A stretch of 64,000 bases of DNA from Lama guanicoe (GCA_013239625.1 MU054117.1:2354011-2418010), one strand, 5' to 3'. Shown: positions 48,210 to 62,958, numbered from the stretch's first letter. Notes: generated by a model from the letters alone, not told the origin. Translations and numbers: made by a program.

Positions 48210-50140
48210 CCTCGAATTTCTTATTTTGAAAAAATGTGAATGTGCCAGAAAGTTGCGAGAGAAGTGCACCTGGATTCATCGCTTGTTAACAGTACTTTTA
48301 GTATCTCTCTTAGAACATCTTTTTTGTTAGAGAAGCTGTCAGGAATTTAGGAGGACTTCCGTCTGGCCTTCACCAAGCTTTGCCTAGTGTTAATGTCTTG
48401 CATAAGCGTAGTACGGTTGTCTGAACAGCAAGTTAATACTGGTTCGGGACTGTTACCTAATCCACAGGCCTAGTTTGAATTTTGCCCGTTTTCCCACTAA
48501 TGTCCCTCTTCTCGTCCAGCATCCAAATCCAGGATCCTGTAGCACACGCAGTTTTCAAGTCTCTGTAGTGTTCCCCAACCTACAATTTCTTAATCTGTCT
48601 TTGGCTTTCCTGGCCTTGACACTGTGGAAGAATACTGGCCAGTTATTTTGCAGACTGTCCCTCACTGTGGGTTTGTCTGGTGTTTCACCACAGTTAAATC
48701 CAGATCATGCGTTTTTGGCCAGAATCCACAGGTGTGGTGCCAGGCCTCCCAGGCCTTCTCATTTCCGGAGGAACACGGTGCTGCTGGGTCTTGTGACTGG
48801 TGATGCCAGCCTCGATCATGCAGTCAGGGCGCTGTCTTCCAGGCTTCTCCACCGTGAAGTGGCTGTTTTCCCGTTGTAGGCAGTGCTGTCCTGTGGGCAG
48901 ATAGTCTGAGACTGTGCATGTTCTCAGCACACTTTGACCTGCCAGTTTTAGAGTCCTTTGATGGTTCTCGCTTGCAACAGTTATTACTGCGGTATTTCCT
49001 AATGGTGATTTTCTGCTTCTGTTATTCTTTCCATCTTTATTCATTGGATTTTTTTTTTCTGAAAGGAAGAGCTATTCTTTCTTCCTCATTCATTCATTCA
49101 TTCATTTATTTGTAATCATTATGGACTCCTGGATACGCAGAGAAGAGTGGCTCCCCCATGCTTACTGCCTGTCCCCAGTCTCGCACTGTGTCTACCCCAC
49201 ACCCCCCAGAAGGGCACCCTCCTGCGTGACCACAGTGCTGTTACCTTGCGCGGGACACTTGCCTTAGTTCTCTCAGCTGGAGCTCCCGGCCACATCTCAG
49301 TGCACCTGGGATAGTCTTTACTGTGTGTATGTTTTGGTTCAGAATTCAATGATTATGTGCCATGTTTGGTTTCCAGAAATCTCTTTAATTTCTTCTATTT
49401 TAACCTAGAACAGTTCTGTAGCCTTTTTGTGGGGGGAGGGTCTTTCTTGATATTGATGTTTTTGGAGAGTCCGGACAGCTGACCTGCAGAATTTCCCCCT
49501 GAATAGATGCAGGCTACACGCTGTCAGCCAGACCGCCACATACATCGTGTCGTGCTCCCCCAGGGCCTCGCGCCGGGGGAGCCTGCTGTCGGCTCTCCTT
49601 CCGTGGCTGCTGTGGCCTGTCATTTGGTTAAGGCGACGTCTGCCAGGTTTCTTCACTGTCAAGTTACCTTTTCCTCTTTGTAATTAATATAATATGTGGG
49701 GAGATACTTGAGATTGTGCTGAATATCCTGTTTCACTCAGTGATTATCCATCAATGTCTCTTGCAAAAGTCAGTTATTAATCTGGTAGTTATAAAATGGT
49801 GATGTTCTGTTTCATCATTCATTCTGTATTTATTTAGCTGGCATTATTCTGTAAAGAAAATCTTTGTTGTGACTTTCATTTCTTTGTGTATTTATTTATT
49901 TAGAATCAGTATGGATTCATGTATTCCCTTTTTAATGACAGCTTTATGAGATACGGCTCATACATCATGCAGTTCACCCATTTAAAGTATGCACGCTTGT
50001 TTTGCTTATTGGTACATTTACAAAGATGTGCAGCCGTCACCACGATCAATTTTTAGGATATTTTCATCATCTCAAAGCTACTTTATACCTTGTAGCTATC
50101 ATCCCTCAACTCCATTCCCCAGCCCTAAACAGTCACTAAT
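48210..50140 (-). mobile_element. Ancient L1 (L1MC/L1MB-like) fragments
   Basis: Degenerate L1 3' text (ggccagttattttgcagactgtccctc, acagctttatgagatac...cacccatttaaagt). Confidence 0.6.
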
Positions 50141-51511
50141 TTGCACACCCAGATGGGGGCCACAGAGTCAAGGTGAAAGGTTTAACACGTCTGACATTGC
50201 TGTTCGTCTTTTTGTCCCTCTTTGGAGCTAGGGAAAAAACGAGATGATTTATTTAACACTCGCTGTTGTTATTTTTAGACATAAAGTTTATAAAGAATTA
50301 ATAGAGGGCACTGTCAGACTCAGGATGTGCTTCTGCGTCTGTGTCTAAGGGGTTATGAGCCGTGCTTCCAGGTTCGCGCAGGCAGGAAGAGTCTTGGAAT
50401 AGTGTACAAATTCCAAGTTGCTATGCATTATAAAAATGCATAAAACTGCCCAAAATGTAGAAATGTCGTGGTCAGCCATTAAAGCATAGAAAGGTGCTTT
50501 TGGTGTGTTTACCCCAAGTGCAGAAAAAGCCATGCTTCTCTGTAGCTGTGGAGTTTGTCTTCTTAAATAAGGCCTTGTGTTTGTAGTTTCTTTCTGGCAA
50601 TAAACTCCTGGTAAAAATTTATAATACACATAATTGGAAACCACTTCTGCCTTGTTTTGTCCTTTATTCTTTCTAAAAATGCTGAGAATCACAAAATCTT
50701 AAATTAGGAAATTGTCAGAAATATAAAACGCTTCAGATGGTTTAAAAGCATTTCGAAGGGTTTGGCTTATCAGTTGAAGACAGTAATTTGGTTCCATTTT
50801 TGTTGTTGATTTCTTCCATCAAGTGAATCTGTCTCCTGATGGTATTAAATCTTATCTGTTCATCCACACTTAAAGTCTCCTATGATGACTGGCATAATGT
50901 TTTATTAATGGCAAACTTGAAGAGTAAATTAAATGACTTGCTGAATCTTAAGGAAATCAGTGGCCATAGTAGGGTGCACTACACTGTCTAATTTTCTCTC
51001 TCCCAGAATTTGCTCCAAAAGAAAAGTAAAATATATTTTATTTTTAGTTGAAATTCAGACTCTGGAAGAGGTGCTAAGGTCTGTTTCTGCTGTTTAACCT
51101 TATGTGTGGCTCTCCAGGTCTGTTTCTTCATCTTCAAAGTGGGAAAAAGAATAGTACCTAATTCATAGCATTGTTTTGAAGAATAAATAAAATAGTACAT
51201 TTGAAATATTTATCACTGTGTCTGAGATATAGTGAGTACTCAGTATGTGATTTTAAAGAGAAAAAAAATCCCTGCGTGCATGGGGACCTGTGTTCTACAT
51301 CTTTTTCTTCTTTTTTGGGTATTTCAGCCTCAGGTCCCCTGTGGAGTAAGTGTGGTGTTAGGACGGCAGGTCCCCATCTAGGAACTGATGCTTCCCCCAG
51401 AATTAATTGGTTCCAAACAGCCCGAAGGATAGATGCATGGAAAAGCTGAGACTGACATAGTTTGAAAGGATTTCCTCTTTACATGCTGTCTTTTCTTATT
51501 TTTTTAAGCAG

Positions 51512-51563
51512 TGCCTGTGAGGATGCGACCACGAAGCTTCGGCAGCTGAAACTGGATAACCAG
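51512..51563 (+). CDS. TULP3: TULP3 exon 2 (ACEDATTKLRQLKLDNQ)
   Basis: 52 nt; phase fits exons 1 and 3; long T-tract acceptor, donor CAG|GTGAGC. Confidence 0.88.
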
Positions 51564-54500
51564 GTGAGCGGTCTCTTCCGGGAGAAGTGGACAGCGTGCT
51601 GCCCCTGATGCCGCTGGTCTTGGCTCCGAAGCCTTGGCCGAGTCGGGGGCAGGGCGGGAAGGAGAAGGCTCTGGCGTGAGGCAGTAAGCAGTGTCTGCAG
51701 TTAGTACTTGCTGAGCCAAGGCTCTGGGCTGTGGCAGGACCAAAGTGCTTTGAGGACATCAGCCTCGAACTTGGCGTTGGATTTACAGTCACTGAGAATC
51801 CCTTGTGTAAGAATTAGAAGAATGTTAACGTTGTGTTTCTGTGTAGTGATTGGGTCCTGCTGCCTTATTAAACACCTCTCTACGCTGTAATTTCATATAA
51901 TTATTTAAAAATTCGTATCTGCAAATGTGCTGCTTAAAAGCCTCTGTTGCCTACAGAGTAATTTTCTGTGTCATTATTATTATTTTTGCAGTGATTTGAA
52001 TTGTGTTCATTTCCTCCGTTAGACTAAGTTCCGTGAGACCAGGAGCTTGGTCTGTTGATGACCGTTCTGTCAGATGTTCCCCACACAGGGCTGGGCCCGT
52101 AATAGGCCATCATCAAATACTGGAGTGCAGGACGGAATGAATGAACAGTTCTCTGCTGGCGCATACAGTGATCCTTGTGGCTAGTCAGTTTGGAACCTGT
52201 ACCCAGCACGTGTTACTTCCATGTGAGTGTTTTCTAATTCAGGAAGTTCTGTAGCTCCAGTCTGCCTATGTAGCATCATTAGTAATCGGTGTCTAGATGT
52301 GGTGGGGACTAGAAATACCTCTAAAATTTTGTCTTGCTTCATTACGTTGCTGTTGGCCTTCATGGCGGGACTTGGAGCCTAGTGAATTACTTTAACGATG
52401 GAATCGTCACAGACTAGTTACGAGGTCTCCTTGGGGGTGTGTCTAGGACTGCCTGGCCCCCAGGCCACTTTCCAGTCCTAGGTGTCTGTGGTGCCTCTGT
52501 GGGGCTTGTCACCGAGACCACTGCCCCTCAGGCCACCACGTGGTGGGGCCCGGCGGCCTCACGTGTGCCCAGATGGAGCATGACCCATTGGTCTTCAGGG
52601 ACTCTCAGCTTCAAGGTGGTGGCAGTCGCCTCAGTCAGTTGTGTGATCCTGCTCTGCCCACCACCCTCCCCCGCAGCTGGGCTCGGCTTCCTGGGCCTGG
52701 GTGATGGTCACCGCCCCACTGCTCTCGGACGAGGCCTGCCTCCAGATGTCCTCCCAGGGTGGAGGCCAGGCTGGCCCTTAGCTTGTCATGGGCTTCGGGA
52801 TTCCTCAGGTCACAGAGGGACCTTGGTTGGGGTGTCCTGGCCCAAGCACCCAACAGCAGCGGGCTCATGGAAAGACAGTCTTCCTCGAAACCGCTGTGAG
52901 GCCGCTGTGCCAGCGGCAGCCTCCCTCCAGCTGACGACATCCTTTAAGGAGACTGGGGCACATTTTAAGCAAATCTGGGGCTGCACAGCAGGGTAGGGAG
53001 TGGCCGCAAAGGTCTCAGCAGTCACAGGAGGCTGCCTCACGTCTCCCTCCGTGGGGCGCGTGGCCTCTCAGTGGAGGCCCAGCACGAGCTCTGCACCCGC
53101 TTCTGTGTGGCTGCTGGGAGGGTGCGAAACACACAGTTCTATGCTGAGAAAACAAGTAAAAATAGAAAAGAAATGAATCTTCCTGGACTTACGGGGAAAA
53201 TTCTGATTAGATGTAGATTTATCTCCAAGATCAGAATAATTGTGAATAATTTTGATGAGACCTTTGCTTTTCAGTCCATTGCATAGCAAACTGTATTTAG
53301 GGAGAAGTGACCACAAGATTTTGGATATTTATGTGATTTACTTTTATAAGGCTAAATGGTACATCCCTAAACTAACATCAAATGAAATCCACGGTCATCT
53401 ACCAAGTAGTGCTGTAAGACATAAGCTTTTAAATTTTTTGTAGTTTTTGAGTTTTGTATGTAGATACACTTCCTGGATTTTTTAAAAAGATGGCCCAACT
53501 ATTTTGTAATTTTTATTCTTTTCAATGAGAATGCTACATGTGGTAGGTATGTGGTGTAAATGTTGGGATTTTGTAAGCCCCTTTTTTTTACAGTATAAAA
53601 ATGTTTTAAGTATGTTTTTATATAGGCAATTAAAGCATATGGTAAGAATTCAAATAATACGGAAGGGTGTTTGAGCTGCAGTCTCCTTCTACTTGGCTCA
53701 GTTCTTTATCAGGCGCTGTCACTGACTTACAGTGTATCTTTCCAGAGGTAGTCAGTGAGTGTGATCGTGAAGTATAAACTGTGGTGCTAAATGGCGCATG
53801 AGAATACTGGTAGAGCCCTGAGGTGCTGCCCCAGCGTAGGAGGAGGTTGCTCAGCCGGAGTACGGGAATTTTCCACCAGTGCCAGCGGGCGTGCAGGTGG
53901 CCTGTAGCCAGAAAGGCAGCACCACGGGACGAACAGAACACTGGGCCCAGATCAGAAGCCTTGGTTCCCTGTGCCTTTAATTAGCTGTGTGATTTTAAGT
54001 AAGATCCTCAGACTCTGTGGGCCCTAGTTCATCTGTAAAGTGAGGTCAGACTGGATAAAACAGTAGACTGTTGGAAAGGGTCTTAGAGAATGGAAGTTGT
54101 CGCTGGAATGGAGTGCACTGAGGAAGGCTCTGTTGTTGCTCACCCTGGGCCTCGTAGGCTGGCAGCGACTTGTGGGGAGGCACGTCGGCCGACCCGAGGG
54201 ACACAGTGCACTGTCGTCAGTGACAGTGAGCGTCAGCGGGGGCAGAGGGGAGGCTGGGGAACCTGCCTCCCCAGCCCTACCTGACGCAGACAGTACGTTA
54301 AGCTCCTAGGAATTCTGCTGTGGGAGTGTCCCCATGGTCCTGAGCTTTGTAGAATGAGCAGCAGTTTGTTGAGAGCAACCAGAGTTAATCAGTCTCATGA
54401 GGATTGGTTCATACTAACCAGTATCGTAAGTGGTGAATCTCAATCAGGGGATTAATTTATTAATTGCTAGTGAACTGTGTACCACAATCAGCAGGTCATC

Positions 54501-54939
54501 ACATTTTCATTAGAAGAGTCTGTGGGGAGTTTGCCTGGTAAGTTTGAAATCAGAGCAAATAGAGTTTGTAAAATGATCTTTGTGGTAGTTCTCATTGTGC
54601 GTTGGTAGAATTAATTCATCTCTGCTGGAGGGAGGGCACACCTGCCCGAGGAGTGAAATGCGGGACTTCCGACCGGGACGCTCCCTGCCTTGGACCGTTC
54701 GTACCAGAGACACAAGGTGGATCTTGCTCTGTAGTTCTGCTCACCTTATTCCCACAGAGACCGTTCCCCTTCTTTTAAAGCATTCTTTCGTCGTCCACTA
54801 CAGCATTCTTGATTTGGTTACATTTGTTTCTCTCATGGCTGTTCTGTTTTTCTGATAGTATAACCTTAGAGTGTAATGTTTAAAAATCCTAGATTTTCAG
54901 ATAACTTACACATGGCTGTCTTTGTCCTGTATAGATTTT

Positions 54940-55620
54940 TGAACAGCTTTTGTGAGCTATATAGTTCACATGTAACTACCAATAGCGCCTCTTTTAAAGC
55001 GTACAGGTGATTTTTAGATCTTGGGTAAATGGAATCATGCAGTATGTAGTCTTCTGTGCCTGGCTTGTTCGGCTTAGCAAAAGGCTCACCCATGTTGTAG
55101 CATATATCAGAATTCATTCCTTTTGACTGTTGAGTACTTTTCCATTTTGTGGAGAGGCCACATTTTGTTTCTCCACTCATCAGTTGATGGACGTTTGGGT
55201 TGTTTCCACGTTACAAATGATGCTTCTCTGAACATTTGTGTGCAAGTTTTTGTGCAGAAATGTTTTCATTTTGCTTGGGTAATATACCCAAGTATAATTA
55301 CGACAAGGTTTACCTAATACACCTTGGGAAAAGGAGTGGAATTGCTGGGTCATACAGTAGCTCTATGTTTAACATTTAAGGAGCTGTCAGACTGTTTTCC
55401 AAAGTCACTGAACCATTTTACATACCCACCAGCGATGTGTGAGGCTCCCGGTTTCTCCATGTTCCTGCTAGCACTCACTATTGCCGTCTCTGATTAGAGC
55501 CGTCTTAATGGGTGTGAGTGGTGCTCATTGTAGCCTTGACTTGCATTTCCCTGGTGGCTGACGATGCTGAGCATTACAGTGGCCATCTGAACGTTCTCTT
55601 TGGAGAAATGTCTACCCAGA
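54940..55620 (-). mobile_element. Old L1 3' fragment
   Basis: atggaatcatgcagtatgtagtctt...gatggacgtttgggttgtttccac...ggaattgctgggtcatacagt. Confidence 0.75.
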
Positions 55621-57429
55621 TCCCTTACAGTGAGAACTCTCTTCCAGTGTGTGTTCCTGGCTGGTCACGATTCTCGTTCCTGAGAACACGATGCTTGAGA
55701 AGTTAAACTGAAGATGAGCAGGCTGAGCGGTAAGCCAGAAGTCAGAGGAAACAGAGTGAGGGAGGCCCGAGGGGCAGTTCGTCCAGGCCATGGATTCCTA
55801 TCCTCAGAGCGAGCGAGCTCCCCGGGAAGCAGGTGCTCTGCTCTCCAGAGTCACTGTCTCTCTTTCTAGGACAGGCGGCCTCATTTTTGCACTGTGGCTG
55901 CCCTTTTCTGGACCACAAGCAGAATACTCCTTTTCTGTAGAACTCTTTTTTCTTTACATGTGTTAATAAAGTGGATTCTGCAGCTTGTGTTTGGTTCCGT
56001 CGGTTGTTTCACGGTTCCGAGGCCATTTGAGGCTGGATAGCTGCAGCCGTGGGGTAAGCTGGGCCTGTGCTCGTGTCTGTGTTCTTCCTGTGTCTGCAGG
56101 CAGGTCACTTCGTGTCCGTCACACAGGACTTCTTTGTTGCTGGGCCCTCAGCAGCAGCTTCTGTGGGAGGACTCATTACGGCCGCCTGCGTGTTCTGTGT
56201 TCCTGGTGCGCTGAGGCCCGCTGTGCGCGGTAATTCCTGGGTCCCAGAACAGTCTCAGAACCTCCAGTTATTCCTTTCCACTCGCTCTAAGCTTTCTCTT
56301 CATTCTTGACAGTATAACCCATTCGGCACATTATTTTAGCTCCCCAGTCTTCTTCCTTACATACGAGGTTGGGTGAAAAAGAATAGTAATATTTTTTGTC
56401 TTCTGAATTTATCTGCAAGCTTTCATCAGCCCGGTTCTGGGGAGAAACACTGCCTTTCCATGAACAGTCTCACCCCTTGGATTAGCTCCTCTTCTTAGTG
56501 GCACTTTTTAAAAGCAGTATCAATGAAGAAAGTCAGTATATGGCTTCTTGCCTAAGATACATAGGTTATGGTATCTTTGCTTTTAAGTCATGGCTCACTT
56601 TTAGCTTGGGGCTTGGCGTGCCTCTGTGCTGAGACGTCCCAGACCCACAGTGGTCTCTGTGGATTGTAACGTCTTACTTGCCAAGGCTCACAGGTAGTGC
56701 GCACATGCTGGTGCCTTCCTTTCCCTCTTGTGGATTTTCTCCTCTTAGTCTTTCATGCTTTTTCCTGACTCTTCTTGCAACCTTGTTTATCTTACTTGTA
56801 TCCGTAGAGTTGATTACTTTATAATTGGAATGTTCCAGCTGCCTTTCTTTCCTGTTCTACCCTTGGCCCTAATTTGTTTGATTACTGATTATGTAAAACT
56901 GACCAAGAAATTAAAACTTATTGCTCTTCAGCTGATTAAAACATGAAAATATTTTAGGGTTTAGAGGAAAAAATGTTTTTTTTCCTTCCAATTACAGAAG
57001 TAAGAAAATTTAGAAACTACAGAAAACTAGAAAAAGGAAAAATAATAACCCCTGTTCTACCACCCGGGGAACTCACCGTTACGGTGTCTCTTCACCTTTT
57101 CTCCTGCTCGTGTGTGTTTGTATATTGTAAACTTGTGATTGTGCTTTCGTAAAAATATGTTAATTACTATGTATTTTTAGTAGACTTGGATCATGGTATC
57201 GGCTTGGCTAAAAATGCATTTGTATCATTGTAAATAGATCTTTATAGGTGTTTAGTAAATATGTATTAAGTGAAGTGAATGAATCCTTACCCTCTCTGTG
57301 CCTCGATTTCCCTATATCTTAAGTGGGAAAGTCTAATTTACAAGAGGTTTTGTGAGGATCCGTGAGAATCTGTGTTTGAAGAGCTGGCTCTCATGCTCGC
57401 CCTCCGGGCTGTAACACACTGTTCCCTAG

Positions 57430-57589
57430 AGGGCGTTGCTGGAGAAGAAGCAGAGGAAGAAGCGCCTGGAGCCGCTCATGGTCCAGCCGAACCCGGAAGC
57501 CCGGCTGCGCCGGTCAAAGCCGAGGGGCAGTGAGGAGCACACTCCCCTGGTGGAGCCGCAGGCCCCGCACAACGGCGTCGTCCTGCACG
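57430..57589 (+). CDS. TULP3: TULP3 exon 3 (IFT-A-binding helix, [28 protein letters not shown])
   Basis: 160 nt; canonical splice sites; tubby-family N-terminal motif. Confidence 0.95.
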
Positions 57590-58293
57590 GTGTGTATTCA
57601 GGCGCGCCTCTTCCCGCCGCAGCACCGCTCGCACAGACCCGGGGTGCAGGAAGACTCTCACGGGGACCGAAGGGGAGCATTAGCGTCGTTACTGGTACCT
57701 TCACGAATCTTTATAATCACATCCTGTCAGGGTCTTTGGTTAGAGTAAAAGTAGCGGCCTGATCCGTAGAGGATACCTTTAAGTTCACATCCATCCTAGA
57801 ACCGTTGTTTTTTGATGCAAGATTGGTTGGTCCAGAATGGCCCATTTGAGGAGCTTCCAGGCTTGATTGTCGCCTCATGGCAGTTACCCATGAAGCCAGG
57901 AGCAGGTGGAGGTCACCCATCTCCCAGTAGCTGGATCCGAGGGTCATCTGAGATGGGGACGGGGGAGGGAGAAGAGGGTAAAGCACCTCTAACTCCCGCC
58001 CTCGGCTGCTGGCTCAGACCGGATCTGGACTTCGGGGATCTCCTCTGCTGTCACCGTCTCACTGTTAAGGTCCAGAGTGCAGTACTGGGGACATTTTACC
58101 TTAGTGGCCGTCGGGGCGTGTTGACGAACCAGATAATCAGATGCGTGACTCTGTTCACAGGTGTCCTCCTGCACGTTGAGGGAGGAGGAGAATGAAGCGG
58201 TGTGGCGGCTCGTGGTTCCGATCACACACACCAGAACCGCCAGCCAAGCGGTGGGCGACATGTTCCTCTTTTTCCTTCTCTTCTGGCCCATAG

Positions 58294-58470
58294 GCATTGA
58301 CGGTCCCGCTGCCTTCCTGAGGCCAGATGCTCAGGACTTGGACAGCAAGCCTCATGTTCTGTCAGTGGGATCCTCTGCCGCGGAGGAGGACCCTGAGGGG
58401 AGCGTGGGTGAGGAGCGCGCCTGGGGCCCTGCTTCCAAGCCTGACCTTCAGGAGATTCTCCAGAAACACG
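58294..58470 (+). CDS. TULP3: TULP3 exon 4 (GIDGPAAFLRPD...SKPDLQEILQKH)
   Basis: 177 nt; acceptor ccatag|GC, donor G|GTGAGG. Confidence 0.93.
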
Positions 58471-60204
58471 GTGAGGCTCGGTGACGGTTTTGAACAGTAA
58501 GTTAATTAAATAAAATGTAAAGTATCAGCAGCGCTGGCTACTGTGGTGGCCACGTCCTTCTTTTTGACACGTCATTTTTGTCGTCCGCACCCTGTCCCTT
58601 TGACACAGGTGCCGCTTGGCGCCCTGCCTGCCTCCGTTTCAGTCTGTCTCCTCTGGTGTCAGGGGAGAGGCCAGCAGCCAGCTCAGTCCCGTAAACGCGC
58701 CTGTGCGCTTCGCAGGTCCGTCGTCCCCCCTTCTCAGGAAGCCCGTTTTACAGTGGGAAGGACTTGTGTCCCCCCTTCAGGTGAGAAGCCTGAAGGCCAG
58801 TAATTGCACGTCTGGGGGTACCTGCTTCGTGGTAGGCGCCGCCGGGCCCCGGGGGTGGGAATCGGGGTTCTGCCACAGACCGAGGAGTGGATGCGCATTC
58901 AGACTGGTTCGCATGTTCACTCACCCGGAAAACGTGCTGAACGCAGGCTGCGTGCCAGGCCTTGTTCTGGGCGCTTAGAACACAGCGGTGAGCAAGGTGC
59001 TTGCCCTCTAACCGAGGCTTCGTGGGCCTAAACGGCCAGGGAGTGTGGAGCGGGCGCCTTCCCAGCGCTGACCTGGAGAAGGCCGGGTGTGAGCCAGAGC
59101 CGGGCGCAGGCAGAGGGGTCCGGGGAGCACGGCGAGGGGGTGGGAGAGTGCGGGGGCCCCGGTTACACAGGACGGACGGTACCGGCGTGTTAGGGATTTG
59201 GACTTCATCTGAAGAGTGACAGGAACCCGTGAGGGCTTGTAGCTGGAAAGATGGCAGCAGATTTGGGCTATAGAGACTCCTCTGTGCTGGGAAGGATGAA
59301 CTGGGGCGGACAGGTGTGGAAGCAGGAGAGCTGTTGAGGAGACGGTCTGGCTGGTGGCCTGAGCCCTGGTCAGTGTGGTGTGTGCCAGAGGAGGAAGCGG
59401 GAGGGGGAGAATCCCCTGTGGGCCCGTGAGAAGGGGCAGGAAGGACACAGAGGGAGGGTGGTGAGGCTGAGCCCTGACGGCGTGTGTCCTGCTGTGCGTG
59501 CTGTCGGCTCAGGAGCAGCAGGACAGGGACCCTGGGAGTGTGCGTCGTGTGCCAGGCCTCTGACACACTTGTCACAGCATTTGTGCCAGTGCTGTTGGGT
59601 TTATACACACTGGCCGCTCCATTTTACATGTAAGCAAATTGGTTCTCAGAGAGGCTAGGTAATTTGTCCTAGATCACACTGCTAGTTAGTTAGGTGGCAG
59701 ACTTGGGCAGAAGAAATTACGACTGCAGAGGCATCAGGTATAGAAGGCACGGTACACTTGTGCCAGCGGGCAGGTGGCCAGAGTGCAGGTGCGGCGGGGG
59801 CAGCGTGTGACCCGGTTAGAGCACGGCTCTGGAGCCGGCGGCACTGGTTCGCATCGCAGCTCGGCACATCTGGCCGGGAGAGAGGGAAATCAGCCCGTTT
59901 CTCTGCCTCAGTTTCCCTGTCTCTAGTATGAGTGTGATGGTGGTGATTCTCTCACTTTCCCACCACGATCATTGTAACGAAGCAGAGGAGCAGGGCAGAG
60001 AGAACCCCCAGTTCTTACCCAGGCCCTCGAGCTGGAGCGGCAGACGTAAACCCTCTGATTCTCAGTCTAGTTCTTTATCCCTCACTGGACATGCAGGCTG
60101 TCTCCCGTCTGCCCTGTCGAGTGACTGCTGTGTTCTTTCTCAGAATTGGCCTTTCAGGACCAGAGAGATTAGTGCCTTTTTGAGTCTCAACAAGTTGCAT
60201 CATG

Positions 60205-60350
60205 AGGGGAGAGGACGTAGCTCACTGGTGGAGTGTGTGCCTGGCCTTCCTTGGGGTCCTGGGTTCAATCCCCAGTGTCTCAACAAATGAATGAGTGAAT
60301 GAATGAATGAATACCTAATCCCCCCCCCAAAAAAGGAATTTTAAAAAGTT
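60205..60350 (+). mobile_element. Vic-1-like SINE with TSD aagttgcatc
   Basis: gtagctcactggtggagtgtgtg...gtcctgggttcaatccccagt; (GAAT)n; aagttgcatc on both flanks. Confidence 0.8.
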
Positions 60351-60669
60351 GCATCTTAACCATAAAACCCATTAAGTGCTTACTTGATTAATGCTTAAGA
60401 TGTGTCAGTTTGGAAGGTTATGTTCCTTCAGTGGGGATCCAGCTTGCTTGTCTTAAAGGGTAGGGAGAAACCCTTGATCTCCATCTTAAGACGTGTATTC
60501 ACATAGACTGAGTTCTTGGCGTGGAAGTGGCATTTGAAAACAGACACTAAGTGAAGGTACATAGCAAGTGAGACCCCAAGACTTCTATGCCCTTTTGCCA
60601 CAAAAAGTTAACCTTTTAGGAAACAAAAAAGAAAGAAATGTCCTTCGCAGATCAAAGAAGTTTTTAGTG

Positions 60670-62740
60670 ACAACTACTGAGCTGTGATTCACATGTCTAC
60701 AGTTACCCATGTAAAGTGAGCAGATGCTTGGCTTTCTAGTGTATCCGCTGGGGTCTGCAGCCATCGTCACAGTCAGCTTCAGAACGCTTCCCTGAGCCCA
60801 GAACGGAACTTCGCTCCTACCAGCAGTGACTTCCCGTTTCCCTCCCACCCCGTCCCTCGGCGGCGGCCAGCTGTCTTCTTTCTGTCTCTGCGGACTTCCC
60901 TGTCCTGGGGTTTCATAAGAGCAGGATCCCACACTGTGTGGTCCTTGATGACTGGCTGCCACTGAGCGGAGTGCTGCCAGGGGGCACCCACGTTGTGGCC
61001 TGTGTGAGCGCTGCCTGCCTTTCTGCTGCTGAACGGCGTTCCGCCATGTGGGCGAGCCGCGTTTTGTTTCTCTCGCCATCAGCCGATGGGCATTTGGGTT
61101 GCCTCCCCTTCTGGCCATGGGGATGCTGCTGCTGTGAATATTTGTGTGTAAGTTGTTGCGTGGGCGTATGTTTGCCCTTGAGATTAATTTTTAACTGGCG
61201 TTTGTCTTGTCCTTGGGTATCCTTGAGAAAAACGAATGCCGTTTATTTGAGAACTGAGTAAAAGTAGGTCACAGTAGTTCCTCCTCTGAGATGGCTGGAT
61301 ATGGGCCCTGCTTACTGTTACGTCTCCTTGTCAGTTTACGGCTTGGGCTGTTGCAGGTGCTGTGTGAGGGTAACTCCACCCTGTAGACCGAGGAGAAAGG
61401 GGAGCTGAGTTTCAGTCGTGGCTCTGCCTTTCTGCTGGAGAGTCAGTTCTCCCAGAGCCCCGCACTCCTGTGTTACCCTGAGTGCTGTGCTGGCTTATAA
61501 CACATCACACTTTATTCTGCGTCTCTGTTCCTCTCCAGGTGGTTCCAGAAACAAGAGACAAAACAAAAAATAAGATTTACTGGTACCTCCTCCTCAAACT
61601 CATATAAATGTGAGGATAAAATGAAAAAAATAGTTTTTAATCAGATAGTTTGAAATTTTCTGTAAGAGATTCTTCATAAATCCAAGGTAGTAGTGTTTCA
61701 GACATTTCCAACACCAACTAGGTAACTAGACTAACGATAAACAACGTGGGAAGACAGAAACGTAACTGATAGAACAGCGGTAAAACATGCATAATATTTA
61801 CCATCTTAACCGTCTTTAAGTGTACAGCTCAGTGGCGTTAAGTACATTCACACTGCTGTGCAGCCATCACCACTGTCCCGTCTCCGGAACTTTTTCATCC
61901 TCCCAAACTGAAACTCTGTCTCTGTTAAATACTGACTCCCCATCTCTCCTCCCCCTGCCCCTGGCAGCCTCTGGCAGCCTCCGGCAGCCTCCATGCCGCT
62001 CCCGGTCTCCATGAATTTGCCTGTTCTGGGCACCTCGGGGAAGTGGAATCATGCGGTGTTTGTCCTTCTGTGTCTGGCTTATTTCGCTTAGTGTGACATC
62101 CACAGGAGTCATTCATGTTGTAGCATGTGTCAGGGTTTCATTCCTTTCTAAGGCTGAGTAACGTCCCACCGTATGTTTACACCACAGTTTATCTCTTCAG
62201 CAGCAGATGGATATTTGGGTTGTTTCCACCTTTTGAAAATTGTGAATAATGCTGCTATGAACACTGGTTGTATAAGTATTTGTTTGAATCTCTGCTTTCA
62301 GTCCTTTTGGGTGTATACCCAGAAGTGGAATGGCTGGATCATATGGTAATTTTATGTTTGTTTATTTTTTCCAGGGACCACTGTATTTACACAGTGACTG
62401 CACAATTGTACACTGCCAGCAGCAGTGCACAAGGGTTCCTTCCAGTGTCTCCGCATCCTCACCACACTTACTTTCTAGGTTTTTTTTAATAGTCATCCAG
62501 ATGCTTGTGAAGTGGCATGTCACTGTGATTCTAATTTGCATTTCCCCAGTGATCCATGGTACTGAGCATCTTTTCATGTGTCTGTTGGCCATTTATGTTA
62601 TCTTCTTTGGAAAAATGTCTGTTCAAGTCCTTTACCAGTTTTTGAATTCGAGTTTGTTTTCTTGTTGAGTTGTAGGAGTTCTTTGTATTTTCTGGATATT
62701 AATCCTTTATCAGATACATGATTTGCAAATATTTTCTCTC
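60670..62740 (-). mobile_element. Two old L1 3' fragments (about 60670-61170 and 61780-62740)
   Basis: catcttaaccgtctttaagtgtacagctcagtggcgttaagtacattcacactg...tggaatcatgcggtgtttgtccttctgtgtctggc. Confidence 0.75.
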
Positions 62741-62958
62741 ATAAACATAATGTTTCAAAGATCTAAATTAGGGTGGCAACATCAGGGAAGGAAAGCGGGA
62801 TGGATCTAGGTGAGAATATGAAGAAAGAATTGTCAGAACGTGGATAAAATAGCCACGTTTTAAGTCCGAATAGCTTGGAATGTTTTAAGGAAGAAAAGTA
62901 AAGTTACATTTGGTTCAAAGATTTCTAGCCCTTTTGACAGTTTCTCCTTTTCTGCCAG

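Noticed and set aside
58748..59608. 286-aa minus-strand ORF in TULP3 intron 4
   Set aside because: Low-complexity Pro/Ser-rich frame over GC-rich, probably ancient-repeat sequence; no splice or homology support
61963..61992. Three tandem GGCAGCCTC(T/C) units
   Set aside because: Local slippage within an old L1; no spacers, not CRISPR-like
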